Positions 6,850-16,315 of a stretch of DNA of 31,268 nucleotides are shown here, one piece after another. The notes beneath the pieces were generated by a model that was given only the letters and a program-made list of their open reading frames with translations, ran no database searches and was not told the DNA's origin. A program made the translations under genes and the position numbers. Source of the stretch: a virus (taxonomy: Duplodnaviria > Caudoviricetes); IMG/VR virus record IMGVR_UViG_3300037483_001105, positions 1 through 31,268 of that record; one strand, 5' to 3'. Positions within the stretch are counted from its first letter, which is position 1; each line of letters opens with the position of its first letter.

Positions 6850-7563
6850 ATGCTGACCGCAATGCTGTGCGTTACGCTCCTGAGGCTGTCGATGGGCCAG
6901 ACGGCGACGTACACCCAGGCTGAGCGCATTGAATGCCCGATCATCGACGTGTACGAGACGCGGCGAGATCGACCCCAGGCCCTCGAACGCGAACTCTATC
7001 TGGCGGCCGGCCAGTCCTTCGACGTGAGCCAGTACGAACTCTCCCGAGCCATCCAACACTGTCTCACCGAGTCGCACACGAGGCGTGCCGAGGCTGCCGC
7101 GCGGGAGCAGGCCAAAGCGCAGTTAGAGGCGAGCAGGGCCGAGGAGACCCGCGCCCTCGACGAGCAGATCGCCGAGGCCAAGGCACGGCGGGAGAAGCTT
7201 CGCAACGACCCGGCATGGCTTCAGATCTCCATCTCGAGCACACGGTGCGCGGCGAGGGCTGACCGCGCGGACGCCACGACGGAGATCGCGACCGAAGAAA
7301 AGTACTCGCGCATGGGCGGCGTGCGCGATCTGAGCTCCCTCAACCAGCAGCAACAACTGATTCGGCAGGCCGACGAGCAGATCGCCGAGGCCAATTCTGG
7401 CCTGGCGCAGATTCGCCGGCCACCGGTCCCATGTTCGAACTCGCTCATCAAGAAGATCCTGGCCTGCGACAAGGAACCAGTCGGCGGGGAATCCGCTGAG
7501 TGCATGGTCGACGAGATTCGGGACTACCTGGGAAGGAGCTCCCTTCCAGTGCGACTACAGTAG
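6850..7563 (+). CDS. Antisense moron: exported-looking helical, Cys-containing protein (237 aa)
   Basis: GAGGAG SD; hydrophobic N-terminus; coiled-coil core; several Cys. No credible minus-strand gene covers this interval; 9-bp convergent overlap with the fibre gene. Confidence 0.75.
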   Translation: MLTAMLCVTLLRLSMGQTATYTQAERIECPIIDVYETRRDRPQALERELYLAAGQSFDVSQYELSRAIQHCLTESHTRRAEAAAREQAKAQLEASRAEETRALDEQIAEAKARREKLRNDPAWLQISISSTRCAARADRADATTEIATEEKYSRMGGVRDLSSLNQQQQLIRQADEQIAEANSGLAQIRRPPVPCSNSLIKKILACDKEPVGGESAECMVDEIRDYLGRSSLPVRLQ

Positions 7564-8433
7564 GTAGGAAACCATCGCTGCGTTGTCGATCTGCCCGGCC
7601 GCGCCCCCGGCTCCGGTAAACTCCGCCTGGAAGTCGTAGGTAAAGGTCTCGTTTGCGGGTGCCACATCGACAAACGGCGGGGGGAGGGCGACGCGCACGT
7701 AATTGGTTGCGTCCTGGTTCTGCCACTGCCACGACGCGATCACGGTTCCAGCCCGGCGCAGCTGTATGACAACCCCACTCTGGGGGCTGATGGTGATGCA
7801 CGCAGTACCGCCGAGCTGGTGGGGCTGCATGGCCAGCACCACGGAACGCCCCTGTGTGGCGATCGACTGACTCTGATTTGGGATGGTCGCGAAGCTCCCG
7901 GTCAGAGTGTAAGCCCCGCTCCCGCTAGAATTCTTGAGGGCCGCGACGTAGTGCGCCTCGACGAAGGCCTTCGTCGCCGCGTCCTGCGCGTTCGTCGGGT
8001 CAGTGATCCCGGTGATCGGATTCGCGCCCATGGCCAGCGGCTTGTTCACGCCTATCTGGCTCGGCCCCACGTTCAGCGAAGCGCCGCCGCTCGAGGCCAG
8101 GTTCACGCTGCCACCGGACGCGGCCAGGGCCGCCACGCCGCCCACTGTATTGGTGATCAGGAGGTCGCCGGACCCGATCTTGGTGATCGTCTGCGGGCCA
8201 GACCGGGACAGGAGAAGCGCGCTCGCGGCGAGGAATGCCTGCTCGACCGTGAAGCCGTTCTCCACCGCGAACAGAGCCGCGTTCGCCTGCAGCCAAGCGA
8301 CAAAGTCGGCGAGCTTCTCCGTGGGCACGTTCGCGCTGTTCGCGGAGAGCGCGTCCGCATCGACCGGGCATGCAATGACCGGCACTTGGCGCGCGGTGAT
8401 TGCCGCGGGGTTGCCGGTGTAGTTCGATGGCAT
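7555..8433 (-). CDS. Tail fibre protein
   Basis: Follows the baseplate genes; trimeric stalk/neck motif MGANPITGITDPTNAQDAATKAFVE; C-terminal beta-sandwich tip. Confidence 0.8.
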   Translation of the reverse strand: MPSNYTGNPAAITARQVPVIACPVDADALSANSANVPTEKLADFVAWLQANAALFAVENGFTVEQAFLAASALLLSRSGPQTITKIGSGDLLITNTVGGVAALAASGGSVNLASSGGASLNVGPSQIGVNKPLAMGANPITGITDPTNAQDAATKAFVEAHYVAALKNSSGSGAYTLTGSFATIPNQSQSIATQGRSVVLAMQPHQLGGTACITISPQSGVVIQLRRAGTVIASWQWQNQDATNYVRVALPPPFVDVAPANETFTYDFQAEFTGAGGAAGQIDNAAMVSYLL

Positions 8434-8451
8434 TCTGTCTTTCTCCAGTCC

Positions 8452-9276
8452 CTACCAGAGCACCGAGGCCCCGCCGTTGTTCCACGTCCCGCCGGCGCCC
8501 CACGTTCGACGCGGCCAACCCCAGAGTTGCCCCGCCGCCGTCTGCACCGCGATCCCGCTCGTTGCGAACCCTGGCGCCCAGTCGCGCAGGGCGCGGCGAA
8601 TGCTTGCGACCTCGGCCGAGCCCGAATCAGGCACCGAGCCCCACGGCAGCGGCCAGGTGAAGAGCACCTGGAACTTCGACCAGAACGCGAGCGTTGCGTC
8701 GATCGACCAGCTCCCGAGCTGCGCGATCACAGGCTCGCCGGAGCCGTCGAGCGACGTGTCCGCGCCGTTCACCGCCATCAGGTGCATGCCCCGATAGCCG
8801 AAGTCGAACAGGGCCCGCAGAACGCCATGCGCGGTTCCCCCGAGCGTCCACAGGTTCCATGCGTCGAGCACCCTGGCGGCGTATTCGGCGTCGGTGTCGT
8901 CGGGCGCCCTCGCGATCGAGCGCTCGGTGCCGAGCAGCACGAGCGCGTCCCACGGCGCGAGCTCGACGAGGCGGGCCTGCACCGCGGCCAGGAGGTCTTC
9001 GGCGAACTCGTCCTTGATCTCCGCCGTGCCGTCGCTCCAGGCCTCGCCCTGAGGCTGCAGGAGCCACGGCGGGCGCGTGGCGCGCTGGTAGCGGCGGTAG
9101 GTGCCGGCCGGCTGGACCTCGATGGACGTCGAGATGGGGGGCGGCGCGAAGGGGGCGGTGATGAGAACGATGTCGCCGCCGGGCTTGGTATTTACGTCTC
9201 TCGTCTTCAGGCCAACCAAGTGCCCGATCGGCACCCTTTGGACCGCGCCCGGGACTATGTCGCGTGAGAACGCCAT
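8452..9276 (-). CDS. Baseplate wedge protein (P2 gpI / Mu gp48-like)
   Basis: AP.DAL..LG.ER...R...DTD.EY..RV..AW......GT..G motif; Trp/Gly-rich tail; downstream of baseplate J. Confidence 0.75.
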   Translation of the reverse strand: MAFSRDIVPGAVQRVPIGHLVGLKTRDVNTKPGGDIVLITAPFAPPPISTSIEVQPAGTYRRYQRATRPPWLLQPQGEAWSDGTAEIKDEFAEDLLAAVQARLVELAPWDALVLLGTERSIARAPDDTDAEYAARVLDAWNLWTLGGTAHGVLRALFDFGYRGMHLMAVNGADTSLDGSGEPVIAQLGSWSIDATLAFWSKFQVLFTWPLPWGSVPDSGSAEVASIRRALRDWAPGFATSGIAVQTAAGQLWGWPRRTWGAGGTWNNGGASVLW

Positions 9277-9279
9277 GGC

Positions 9280-10299
9280 TCAATACACGTGCGCCGCAGA
9301 GGGGCACCAGAACCAGACAGATCCATCCAGCTGGATCTCTGCCGGACCCGCGTTCGGCAAGGTGAGACGGCCCGCCAGTGCAGGGCCGAAAAAGATATCG
9401 TCCACGCGGCCTCGAAATGACGTAAAAGAGGCGCCGTCTTTCGTGACCAGATAGAAAGGCATCCTCGGAAGGCTGTGATCCGCCTCATCGCCTGGTGACC
9501 CCATGCCGGTCGCGTCCAGCAGCCCAGAGGCAATGTTAGGAATGGTGGTCGTTGAAACGCTTCCGGTTGGCCGCAACGCACGCGGGGATCCGACGGACAG
9601 ACAGAACGGGGAGGCTTGATTGGAATGCTGGCCATTGTCGGAATTAGCCCACAGCATCCATGGATATCCGTCGCCCGGGACAATGTCACTCACCGCCACA
9701 GGTAGCACCGCCAGGCCAAGCTGTGCCGAGTTCATTCCGGCAGTGCCGGTCGCCAGCATGAACGTGCCGTCGGTCGCCAGCATGCCGCGCCCCGTTTGCT
9801 GCACGGCTCCCGTCACGCCTGTCAGAACCACGGCAGTCGTAGCGTTTGTCATCGTAGGATCCGCGGTTGCGGTGCCGTTGCCGTTCGGCGTTCGGCCAAG
9901 CACGAATTTCCAAGTAGGGGCCCCGCTGGACCCTGCCGTCGAGCACACCAGATACAGCGGATAACCAAGGCCACCAAACGACGCTGGTGATCGCAGCACA
10001 AACCAACTATGCGCGCTGCCTGGGTCCCCGAACACGATGTCTGTGTAGGCCAGGATTTTGTTGTCGTTGGATCCCCAGTTGCTCGCCGTCACGCCGTCGG
10101 ACGAGCAATCCACGGTCCACAGTCCCGCAGGCGAGCCGATCGCGGCGCCGCTTCTGTCCTGAAAACCGAGCGCCCCCGTCAAGAACTGCAGAATGAAGAA
10201 GCCGACGTCCTGAGACGCGGCCAGAATTGTGGTGAAATGAGCTTGCGCCTGGTTGACCAGCATCTGCCAGGTTTTGATCGGAGTGTAAGTGAAGGCCAT
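9280..10299 (-). CDS. Putative tail/virion appendage protein (339 aa)
   Basis: Start MAFTYTP at a TGATG overlap with baseplate J; Gly/Thr/Ser-rich beta protein (WTVDCSSDG, HSWFVL); lower GC than the flanks. Confidence 0.65.
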   Translation of the reverse strand: MAFTYTPIKTWQMLVNQAQAHFTTILAASQDVGFFILQFLTGALGFQDRSGAAIGSPAGLWTVDCSSDGVTASNWGSNDNKILAYTDIVFGDPGSAHSWFVLRSPASFGGLGYPLYLVCSTAGSSGAPTWKFVLGRTPNGNGTATADPTMTNATTAVVLTGVTGAVQQTGRGMLATDGTFMLATGTAGMNSAQLGLAVLPVAVSDIVPGDGYPWMLWANSDNGQHSNQASPFCLSVGSPRALRPTGSVSTTTIPNIASGLLDATGMGSPGDEADHSLPRMPFYLVTKDGASFTSFRGRVDDIFFGPALAGRLTLPNAGPAEIQLDGSVWFWCPSAAHVY

Positions 10300-11696
10300 C
10301 AGGGCACCGCCACGTAGGTCAGCGAGTAGGTCGGCTGCGGCACCTCGGTTGCGCCCAGGGTGACGTTCGCCGCGGGCGAAGTGACCAGCGCGTCGATGAC
10401 GCCGTCCGGCGAGGTGATGAGCCCGACGATCTTCTCGGCTGAAATCACGTTTGGAGCGAGCGGCGTCGAGTACCCGCCGATCGGCGCGTTGTTGAAGTAG
10501 CCCGTCAGCGCCGCCTCGATCGCCGCCTTCGCGGCCGCCATCTTTGCCGTGCTCACGTACACGGTCCCCACGACCGAGATCGCGTGCGCGGTCGCCGATG
10601 CGACGAAGAGCCCCGCGCACGCCGGCATGCGCGGCCTGATGTACGCGTCCACCGAGGCGACGATCGCGCCCGAGAGCTCGGCCCCGGCCGCTCCCGCGAT
10701 GTACACGTCCACCTGGCCTGGCACGGCCACGTCCTGGATCACCGCCACCTGCTGGACCGCCGGCTCAGCGGTGCGAGCCCAGAGGCGATAGGTCGCAACC
10801 GTGGCCCCGATGCCGAGCGCCGACCAGCGAGCCCGGCAGCGCTGGCGCAGGAGGTCGTCGCTCTCCTCGTCGGTCCCGGGCACCGCACCCGAGCGCGTGA
10901 GCCAGTCGACCTGGTTCGTCACCGAGACGCCGGGCAAGGGCGTCACCATCGCGACGATGGTCCCCTGCGCCACGTTGTAGCCGGCCCCCAGCTGCTCGGC
11001 CTGCACGGGGAGGTCGAGCGTCCCGGAGGCCGCGAGTGTGCCGTCGAGCGTGTTCGTGAAGCGGTGCCCGACCGCGTCCGAGAGCCAGAGTTGCCCGACC
11101 GCAATGCTCTGCGGGCTCGTGCTGGAGTTGGTCAGCCGCACGAAGCCCAGCGTCGCGGTCGCCGGGTTCTTCCGCAGGCCGTAGACGTTCCAGGCGAGCA
11201 GGGTGAGCCAGTCGCCGGCCGCGGTCTCGAGCAAGCCGCTCGCGGCGATCTTCGCGATCAACCGCGAGAGGTCAGCGAGCGGGTCGGCCTCTGAGGCGAG
11301 CAGGGACAGCGGGACGCTGCCGGGCTGCCATGCGGTCGTCGGCAGCACGGCCGGCGCGACCGAGAACGAGTAGGTATCGTCGGCAGCGAAGGTCCCCGAG
11401 TCGAGGGCGATCGAGATGCCCGAGGACCCGAGCGCGGCCGGCGCCGAGCTCTTGGCGAAGGTGGCCGGGCCGCCAGCTGTCCCGTCGATGGTCCACGACA
11501 GGCTGACCGAGTTGCCCCCGTCGCTCGCCACCGTCACCACGATGTCGTGCGCCGCGTTCGGCGCGCCGGAGATCGAGAGCTCACCCGCACCGGTTCCGTC
11601 ATGGATCACGCGGCCGCGCCCGGCGAGGCGGTCGAGCATGACCTGGGTCGCCTGCTCTACCGTGAGCGGCGTCGTGAGCTCTGCGAGGGATGGCAT
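10299..11696 (-). CDS. Baseplate J / Mu gp47-like wedge protein
   Basis: A.GDWL.LLA....G....PAT.T.G, A...G..YN, GTDEESD..LR.R and PG.VDVYI motifs. Confidence 0.92.
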   Translation of the reverse strand: MPSLAELTTPLTVEQATQVMLDRLAGRGRVIHDGTGAGELSISGAPNAAHDIVVTVASDGGNSVSLSWTIDGTAGGPATFAKSSAPAALGSSGISIALDSGTFAADDTYSFSVAPAVLPTTAWQPGSVPLSLLASEADPLADLSRLIAKIAASGLLETAAGDWLTLLAWNVYGLRKNPATATLGFVRLTNSSTSPQSIAVGQLWLSDAVGHRFTNTLDGTLAASGTLDLPVQAEQLGAGYNVAQGTIVAMVTPLPGVSVTNQVDWLTRSGAVPGTDEESDDLLRQRCRARWSALGIGATVATYRLWARTAEPAVQQVAVIQDVAVPGQVDVYIAGAAGAELSGAIVASVDAYIRPRMPACAGLFVASATAHAISVVGTVYVSTAKMAAAKAAIEAALTGYFNNAPIGGYSTPLAPNVISAEKIVGLITSPDGVIDALVTSPAANVTLGATEVPQPTYSLTYVAVP

Positions 11697-11718
11697 TTGG
11701 GGGTTGGGCGGCGAAAAC

Positions 11719-12108
11719 CTAGCTGGTCTGGAGCATGGAGATCGTGAGCTTGTCGACGGTCAACACGAGCGAGAACGACTCCCCGGTCACGAGGTTTGCG
11801 GCGATCTGCAGCGTCAGCGTCGAGGCCTCGAAGTCGAAGCTTGCGGCGACCACCACGCCCGCAAGGCGCTCTTCCTTGGCGAGCTCGGCGCGCACGAGGC
11901 GTTGCAGCGCCGCGACCGAGTCCGCGTCCATCGCCTCGTTGAGCCAGGCCTGCAGGTCGATCCCGTAGTTCGGCGAGCCGAGCAAGGAGCCCCGAGGTGT
12001 CCAGAGCCGCCGTGCGATTGCCTCGCAGACCACCCGCGTCCCGCTGATCGACGTGAACGTCCCGTCGAGGTCCGGAAAGGTCGAGATGTCGGAGCCGTAG
12101 TCTGTCAC
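11719..12108 (-). CDS. Baseplate wedge / sheath initiator (gp25 / Mu gp46-like)
   Basis: GTG start in a GTGA overlap; AIARRL.TPRGSL...PNYG.DL and EL.KEER motifs. Confidence 0.8.
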   Translation of the reverse strand: MTDYGSDISTFPDLDGTFTSISGTRVVCEAIARRLWTPRGSLLGSPNYGIDLQAWLNEAMDADSVAALQRLVRAELAKEERLAGVVVAASFDFEASTLTLQIAANLVTGESFSLVLTVDKLTISMLQTS

Positions 12109-12326
12109 GTGACCGTACCCGTGACAGCCCCACCGGACACGGACGTTCCGACGACAACCGCGGCCGAGGTGACGTGGGCCACGACGGCGCTCGCAACCCC
12201 GTCGGCGAGCGCCTGCACCATGTCGAGCTGCTCGGGGCTCATGGGCGAACTCCACTTGAGCCGCACCTGGTCCGCGTTCCATGCGGCAACGATGAGCGCG
12301 GACAACGCGGTGGCATTCAGGGCCAT
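12105..12326 (-). CDS. Small baseplate-associated protein (73 aa, possible spike tip/accessory)
   Basis: MALNATALSALI...LADGVASAVVAHV..A.V...GG.VTGTVT; lies between the hub/spike gene and the gp25-like gene. Confidence 0.65.
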   Translation of the reverse strand: MALNATALSALIVAAWNADQVRLKWSSPMSPEQLDMVQALADGVASAVVAHVTSAAVVVGTSVSGGAVTGTVT

Positions 12327-12328
12327 GC

Positions 12329-13402
12329 CTACCCCTTCACCTTCAGGTTGCCGCCGATGATCGGCCATGGGCCGGCGGTGTCGATCCCCGCTCGAGCGAA
12401 GGGCATCGGCGTCGCCGGGTTGCCGTCGAACGTCAGCGAGATGATCGAGGCCGACTCCCAGACCGTCGCGATCGGGTGCGCGGGGTTGCCGGCCTCGAAG
12501 CCCACCAGGACGCGCGCGCCGGGCGCGACCAGCGCCGCCACGCCGGGGATCCCGTACCGGATCGGAATCTTGCTCATGCCGGGCAGCCGCGGATCCTCGG
12601 GCTTGAGCTCGAGCGAGCCGTCGCCGTTCTGCGCGACCACCGTCGCCGAATACTGCGCGAAGTAGTCCACATGCGCGGTCAGGAGCCGCACCATCGGCGG
12701 CAACGCGGCCGCGAAGTCGTCGCCCTGGACGCCGTCGGTCAGGAACCACGCCGAGGTGCGGACCCTGGCGCCGATCCGATGCTCGACCCGCGTCACCTGC
12801 CGGCCGGCGAGCGTCACGCCCGGGGTCAGCGACGGGACCTCGCTCGCGAGGTCCATCCGGCCCGCGGCCGGCTCGAGCTCCATCTCGATGTGGTCGAGTT
12901 GCACCACGGGCCAGGTCTCGACCCCGACCCAGACCGAGCCGTCGCGCAGCACGCGCCAGCTCGCGCCCAGGCACCGGCAGACCGCGCGCAGGCATTCGCC
13001 CAGGGACCCGCTCGCGCGCGTCCATTGCTTCAGCGAGGCGCCAATGGTGGCCGCGCTCGAGAGCGGGGAGAGCCGCTCGCCACAGGCCTGCAGCGCGTCT
13101 TGGAGGACGATCTGCGCCGTCGCGGCCGAGTAGAACTTCGCCGGCAGCTGCCTGGCGATCCCGCCACCGCCGCCGATGATGAACGCGAAGCAGGTGTCAT
13201 GTGTCACACCGGCCTTGGACACGGTGCCGCACCACTCGACCGCCCCATCCGCCGCCGAGAGGACCACGGGGCCGCTCGGCGCCACCTGGCTGTCGATCGC
13301 CAGGCGCGCGCGCCAGGCGCCGGTCTGGGGCATCGACACCAGCGCATCGATCACGTCCGAGCGCGGAGACGAGCCAGGAGCGCTAAGGGTGGCGAACGCC
13401 AT
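12329..13402 (-). CDS. Baseplate hub fused to a spike OB-fold domain (VgrG-like arrangement)
   Basis: Hub-like N-terminal part (GAW.A, WRVL.DG.VWVG.E.W) followed by Y.A.VV.Q..DG.L.L.P.D and the gpV-type motif PGARVLVGFEAG.P..P. Confidence 0.75.
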   Translation of the reverse strand: MAFATLSAPGSSPRSDVIDALVSMPQTGAWRARLAIDSQVAPSGPVVLSAADGAVEWCGTVSKAGVTHDTCFAFIIGGGGGIARQLPAKFYSAATAQIVLQDALQACGERLSPLSSAATIGASLKQWTRASGSLGECLRAVCRCLGASWRVLRDGSVWVGVETWPVVQLDHIEMELEPAAGRMDLASEVPSLTPGVTLAGRQVTRVEHRIGARVRTSAWFLTDGVQGDDFAAALPPMVRLLTAHVDYFAQYSATVVAQNGDGSLELKPEDPRLPGMSKIPIRYGIPGVAALVAPGARVLVGFEAGNPAHPIATVWESASIISLTFDGNPATPMPFARAGIDTAGPWPIIGGNLKVKG

Positions 13403-14049
13403 CAGTGCGCGTCACGCCAGGGCCCAGGCCCCGTGTGCGTCTCGGAGGGTGCCTCGGTCGGGCCCGGCGTCACGTGCGGAACGCTGGCGATCGACAGCGA
13501 CGACTTCGGGGTGTTGGTCGCGTTCCCCGTCCCTGCAGGCGGCGGAGCGAATTCCAGGCACTCGATGTCCACCACCACAACCCCTTTCTCGTGCCTGCCA
13601 ACCTCGGGGATCCCCACCCTGGTCACGTAGATCGAGCGCACGCCGATCCCGTTGATCGCGGGGTGCTCTACATCCACAGCCTGAAGCTTGCCCTTCGGCG
13701 TCGTCGGCTGCAGCAGGGGTCGGATCGCCTGAAACGCGATCCATTGCGCATCGGTCCACATGTGCAGCTTGATGTCGAACTTCCCGAGCTCGGCCCCATT
13801 GTCGGTGAACACCGCGCCGTGGTTACCCAGCGCCTTCTTGATGTCGATCTGGTGCGACACGCCCTTGCCGGTCACCTCGGCCCGCCCTGGCATCGTACGT
13901 CCGGCCAGCACCACCACGTCCCACGGGTCCAACCGATTTGCGTACGCGCCGGCGTCCGTCCCGGTCGAGGACGTGCCCGGCAATGCGTCGCCCGGAACGC
14001 CAGCGAGCGTCGCCTTGAGCGCGGAAACGGCAGCGTCGATCAGCGCCAT
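13402..14049 (-). CDS. Tail tube initiator / distal tail protein
   Basis: Immediately downstream of the tape measure; WD.V.LAG..MPG, D.KK..G..GA and V.HP.....G+ motifs. Confidence 0.7.
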   Translation of the reverse strand: MALIDAAVSALKATLAGVPGDALPGTSSTGTDAGAYANRLDPWDVVVLAGRTMPGRAEVTGKGVSHQIDIKKALGNHGAVFTDNGAELGKFDIKLHMWTDAQWIAFQAIRPLLQPTTPKGKLQAVDVEHPAINGIGVRSIYVTRVGIPEVGRHEKGVVVVDIECLEFAPPPAGTGNATNTPKSSLSIASVPHVTPGPTEAPSETHTGPGPWRDAH

Positions 14050-15756
14050 CTATGGAGACACCCCGAGGGATGCGCCCTCGCCCCGGAGAGTTTCGCCCAT
14101 CTTGTCCCAGATCTGCTTCTTCTGCTCGGCGGCTATTGCAGCGGCGGCCTCAGGCGTCGCACCGGGCGCGGTGATCGTCGAATGGATCGTGAGCACCGTG
14201 CCGGCGCCGATGCGGCCCACCGGGAGAGAGGGGGGCTCAACGACCGGCACCATCGCCTTGTAGCGCGCCTCGGCCTCGGCCTGGCCCTGCTCGCTGAGCT
14301 CTGACTTGCCCTTCAGCCATTGCGCCGCGGACACCATGCGACCGTACGGGGACGCCTTGGCAAGCCACTCGGCCACACCGATCAGCTTGCTTGACCCGGC
14401 GATCACTTTGTCGATGTGCGTGACCAGCTTGCCCAGCGTCGTCGCCGCCTTGCCGAATTCAACCCCCATCTCCCGGCCCGACGCGGTCAACTTGTCGATC
14501 TTCGCCTGGTCTAGCTGGCCCTTGAACCAATCCTTCGTGTCAATGCCTTCGAAGAGCCCTGCCGCGAACCCGGAGGTAAGCGCCGTGGCGCCTCGCACTC
14601 CGGCCACCAACATGTCGACGCTGGCCAAGATCTTGTTGATTGCGGCATCGGCTGCATAAGCCCCATTCGGTCCAGCGAGGTCGCCGAACAGGCCCACCGT
14701 GAGCGCGTTGAACACGCTCGCGATCTTGTCCTTGATCTTCTCGGAGCTCCTGTCGACCGCATCGAGCATTGTGATCAGGCCACCCTTGACAGCGGCGAAC
14801 CCCTTGCTCTTGTCGAGGTTGACCATGAACTCGAACGGGCGCGAGGCCAGGGTCGACATGAGGCCGGGGATCGTCTGCGAGAACCTGTTCATCAGGTTCC
14901 CGAGCACGCCGCCCGAGAACTTCGTGCGGATCACGTCCAACGCGGCAACCATCGCGGTCTGCGCATCGACCTTGCCCGCGGTAATAGCCGCCTGCGCGCC
15001 GCCCTTGCCAAGGTGCAACATCGCCTCTAGTTTCGCGTTGAGATCCGGGCCCGGCAGACCCGCAGTCCTCAACATTTGCAGCGAGTGTCCGGTGAGTTTG
15101 TTGTCTGACTTGATCTTCCCGAACACGTACATCAGCTGTTGCATGATGTCGCGGCTCATGCCCTTGGCCGCGCCCAGGTCGCCGACCGCCTGCATGATCA
15201 CGGCTACTTCGCTCTCCTTGAACCCGCCCGTGGTGAGGTCCTTCATCCACTCAAGCGTTTCCCTCGTCTCGAACGGCGTCACCGCGGCGAACTTGACGCC
15301 CCACTCCCACATGCGCTTGGCCTGGACCGCGGAACCGGTGAGCACCTCGAGCGAGATCATGCTCGTTTCCCTGTAGCTCGCCGCCTCGACCGCGGCCTTG
15401 CCGAAGGAATAGGCGATCTTCGCCGCGCCGCCTGCTGCGCCAGCGATCGCGGAGCCGATGCCGCCGACCGCGCCGAACACCGCGCCCGCCACGCCAAGCA
15501 CCTGGTTGAAGGCGAACGCCATCTTGACGATCGAGCCGTGCTGCCGCTCGGATGCCGTCAGCGTGTCGCGCTGAATCTCGAGCCCCAAGCGCTGGAAGGT
15601 CAGCTTGTCCTTGTGGCCGCCCGCGTTCATCGCCGCTTCGGCCTTTGTGATGGCCTCGATCCGCTTCTGGAGCAGCGCAAGCTTCTTCTCGGCAGCTGAC
15701 GCAGGACCGCTCGCCTTGTCGAGCATCGCGAAGATCCACTCGACCCCGCCGGCCAT
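14050..15756 (-). CDS. Tail tape measure protein (568 aa)
   Basis: Ala/Gly-rich helical protein with D.ASGP start and FAA.TPFE tape-measure motif; follows the chaperone genes; AGGAGG SD. Confidence 0.9.
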   Translation of the reverse strand: MAGGVEWIFAMLDKASGPASAAEKKLALLQKRIEAITKAEAAMNAGGHKDKLTFQRLGLEIQRDTLTASERQHGSIVKMAFAFNQVLGVAGAVFGAVGGIGSAIAGAAGGAAKIAYSFGKAAVEAASYRETSMISLEVLTGSAVQAKRMWEWGVKFAAVTPFETRETLEWMKDLTTGGFKESEVAVIMQAVGDLGAAKGMSRDIMQQLMYVFGKIKSDNKLTGHSLQMLRTAGLPGPDLNAKLEAMLHLGKGGAQAAITAGKVDAQTAMVAALDVIRTKFSGGVLGNLMNRFSQTIPGLMSTLASRPFEFMVNLDKSKGFAAVKGGLITMLDAVDRSSEKIKDKIASVFNALTVGLFGDLAGPNGAYAADAAINKILASVDMLVAGVRGATALTSGFAAGLFEGIDTKDWFKGQLDQAKIDKLTASGREMGVEFGKAATTLGKLVTHIDKVIAGSSKLIGVAEWLAKASPYGRMVSAAQWLKGKSELSEQGQAEAEARYKAMVPVVEPPSLPVGRIGAGTVLTIHSTITAPGATPEAAAAIAAEQKKQIWDKMGETLRGEGASLGVSP

Positions 15757-15770
15757 GCGACTCCTCCTTT

Positions 15771-16270
15771 CTACCTGCCGCGCGACAACCCCAGGATCAG
15801 CGCGTTCACGTTCGCGAAGAACTCCGCCTCAAGCAGGGCTCCGGTGAGCGCCAGCGCCGTCGTCTCCCCGCGACGGTAGGCCATCAACGCGCGAGCGCCG
15901 ATCAACAGGTTCGCGCGCGACTCATCGCGGAGCCTCAGAGTTTTTTTAGCTCGGCCTCCTCGGCCATCCCCGCGACTTCCATCGCGCGCGCGCCGAAGAT
16001 CTGCTGGAGGCCAGGGCGCGCCTCGAGCAGCTTGCGCACCTCCACGGCATCGGGATGAACCGCCGACGAGATCACGAGCCACTTCAGCGCTCGGGCCCCG
16101 GTCTTCTCTCGCAGGTCGATGAACGAGCCCCATTCGGAGTCGCTCGGCACGCGCAGCACCACCTGCTCGCCGCTCTTCGCGCTCACGAGGTGCACCTCCC
16201 CGTGCTTGGCCTTGAGGGCTTGGATGGTGGCTTCGTCGATGGGCTTGGGCTTGGCTTCGTCGATCGGCAT
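15771..16270 (-). CDS. Tail assembly chaperone, -1 frameshifted long form (lambda gpGT-like)
   Basis: After the slippery site the -1 frame reads KKTLRLRDESRANLL...GLSRGR* to 15771, ending just before the tape measure start region. Confidence 0.75.
15935..16270 (-). CDS. Tail assembly chaperone (lambda gpG-like)
   Basis: I..LKAKHGEV...V.LR.P motif; lies between tube and tape measure; ends ELKKL*. Confidence 0.85.
   Translation of the reverse strand: MPIDEAKPKPIDEATIQALKAKHGEVHLVSAKSGEQVVLRVPSDSEWGSFIDLREKTGARALKWLVISSAVHPDAVEVRKLLEARPGLQQIFGARAMEVAGMAEEAELKKL
15941..15947 (-). other. Programmed -1 frameshift slippery heptamer A AAA AAA
   Basis: GAG CTA AAA AAA CTC TGA; an A7 run with rare codons in very GC-rich DNA at the canonical position. 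Confidence 0.8.
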
Positions 16271-16315
16271 GGCGTCCCCTGGCGGCCGTTGCGGCCGCGT
16301 CGACCTGTTGCTGGC

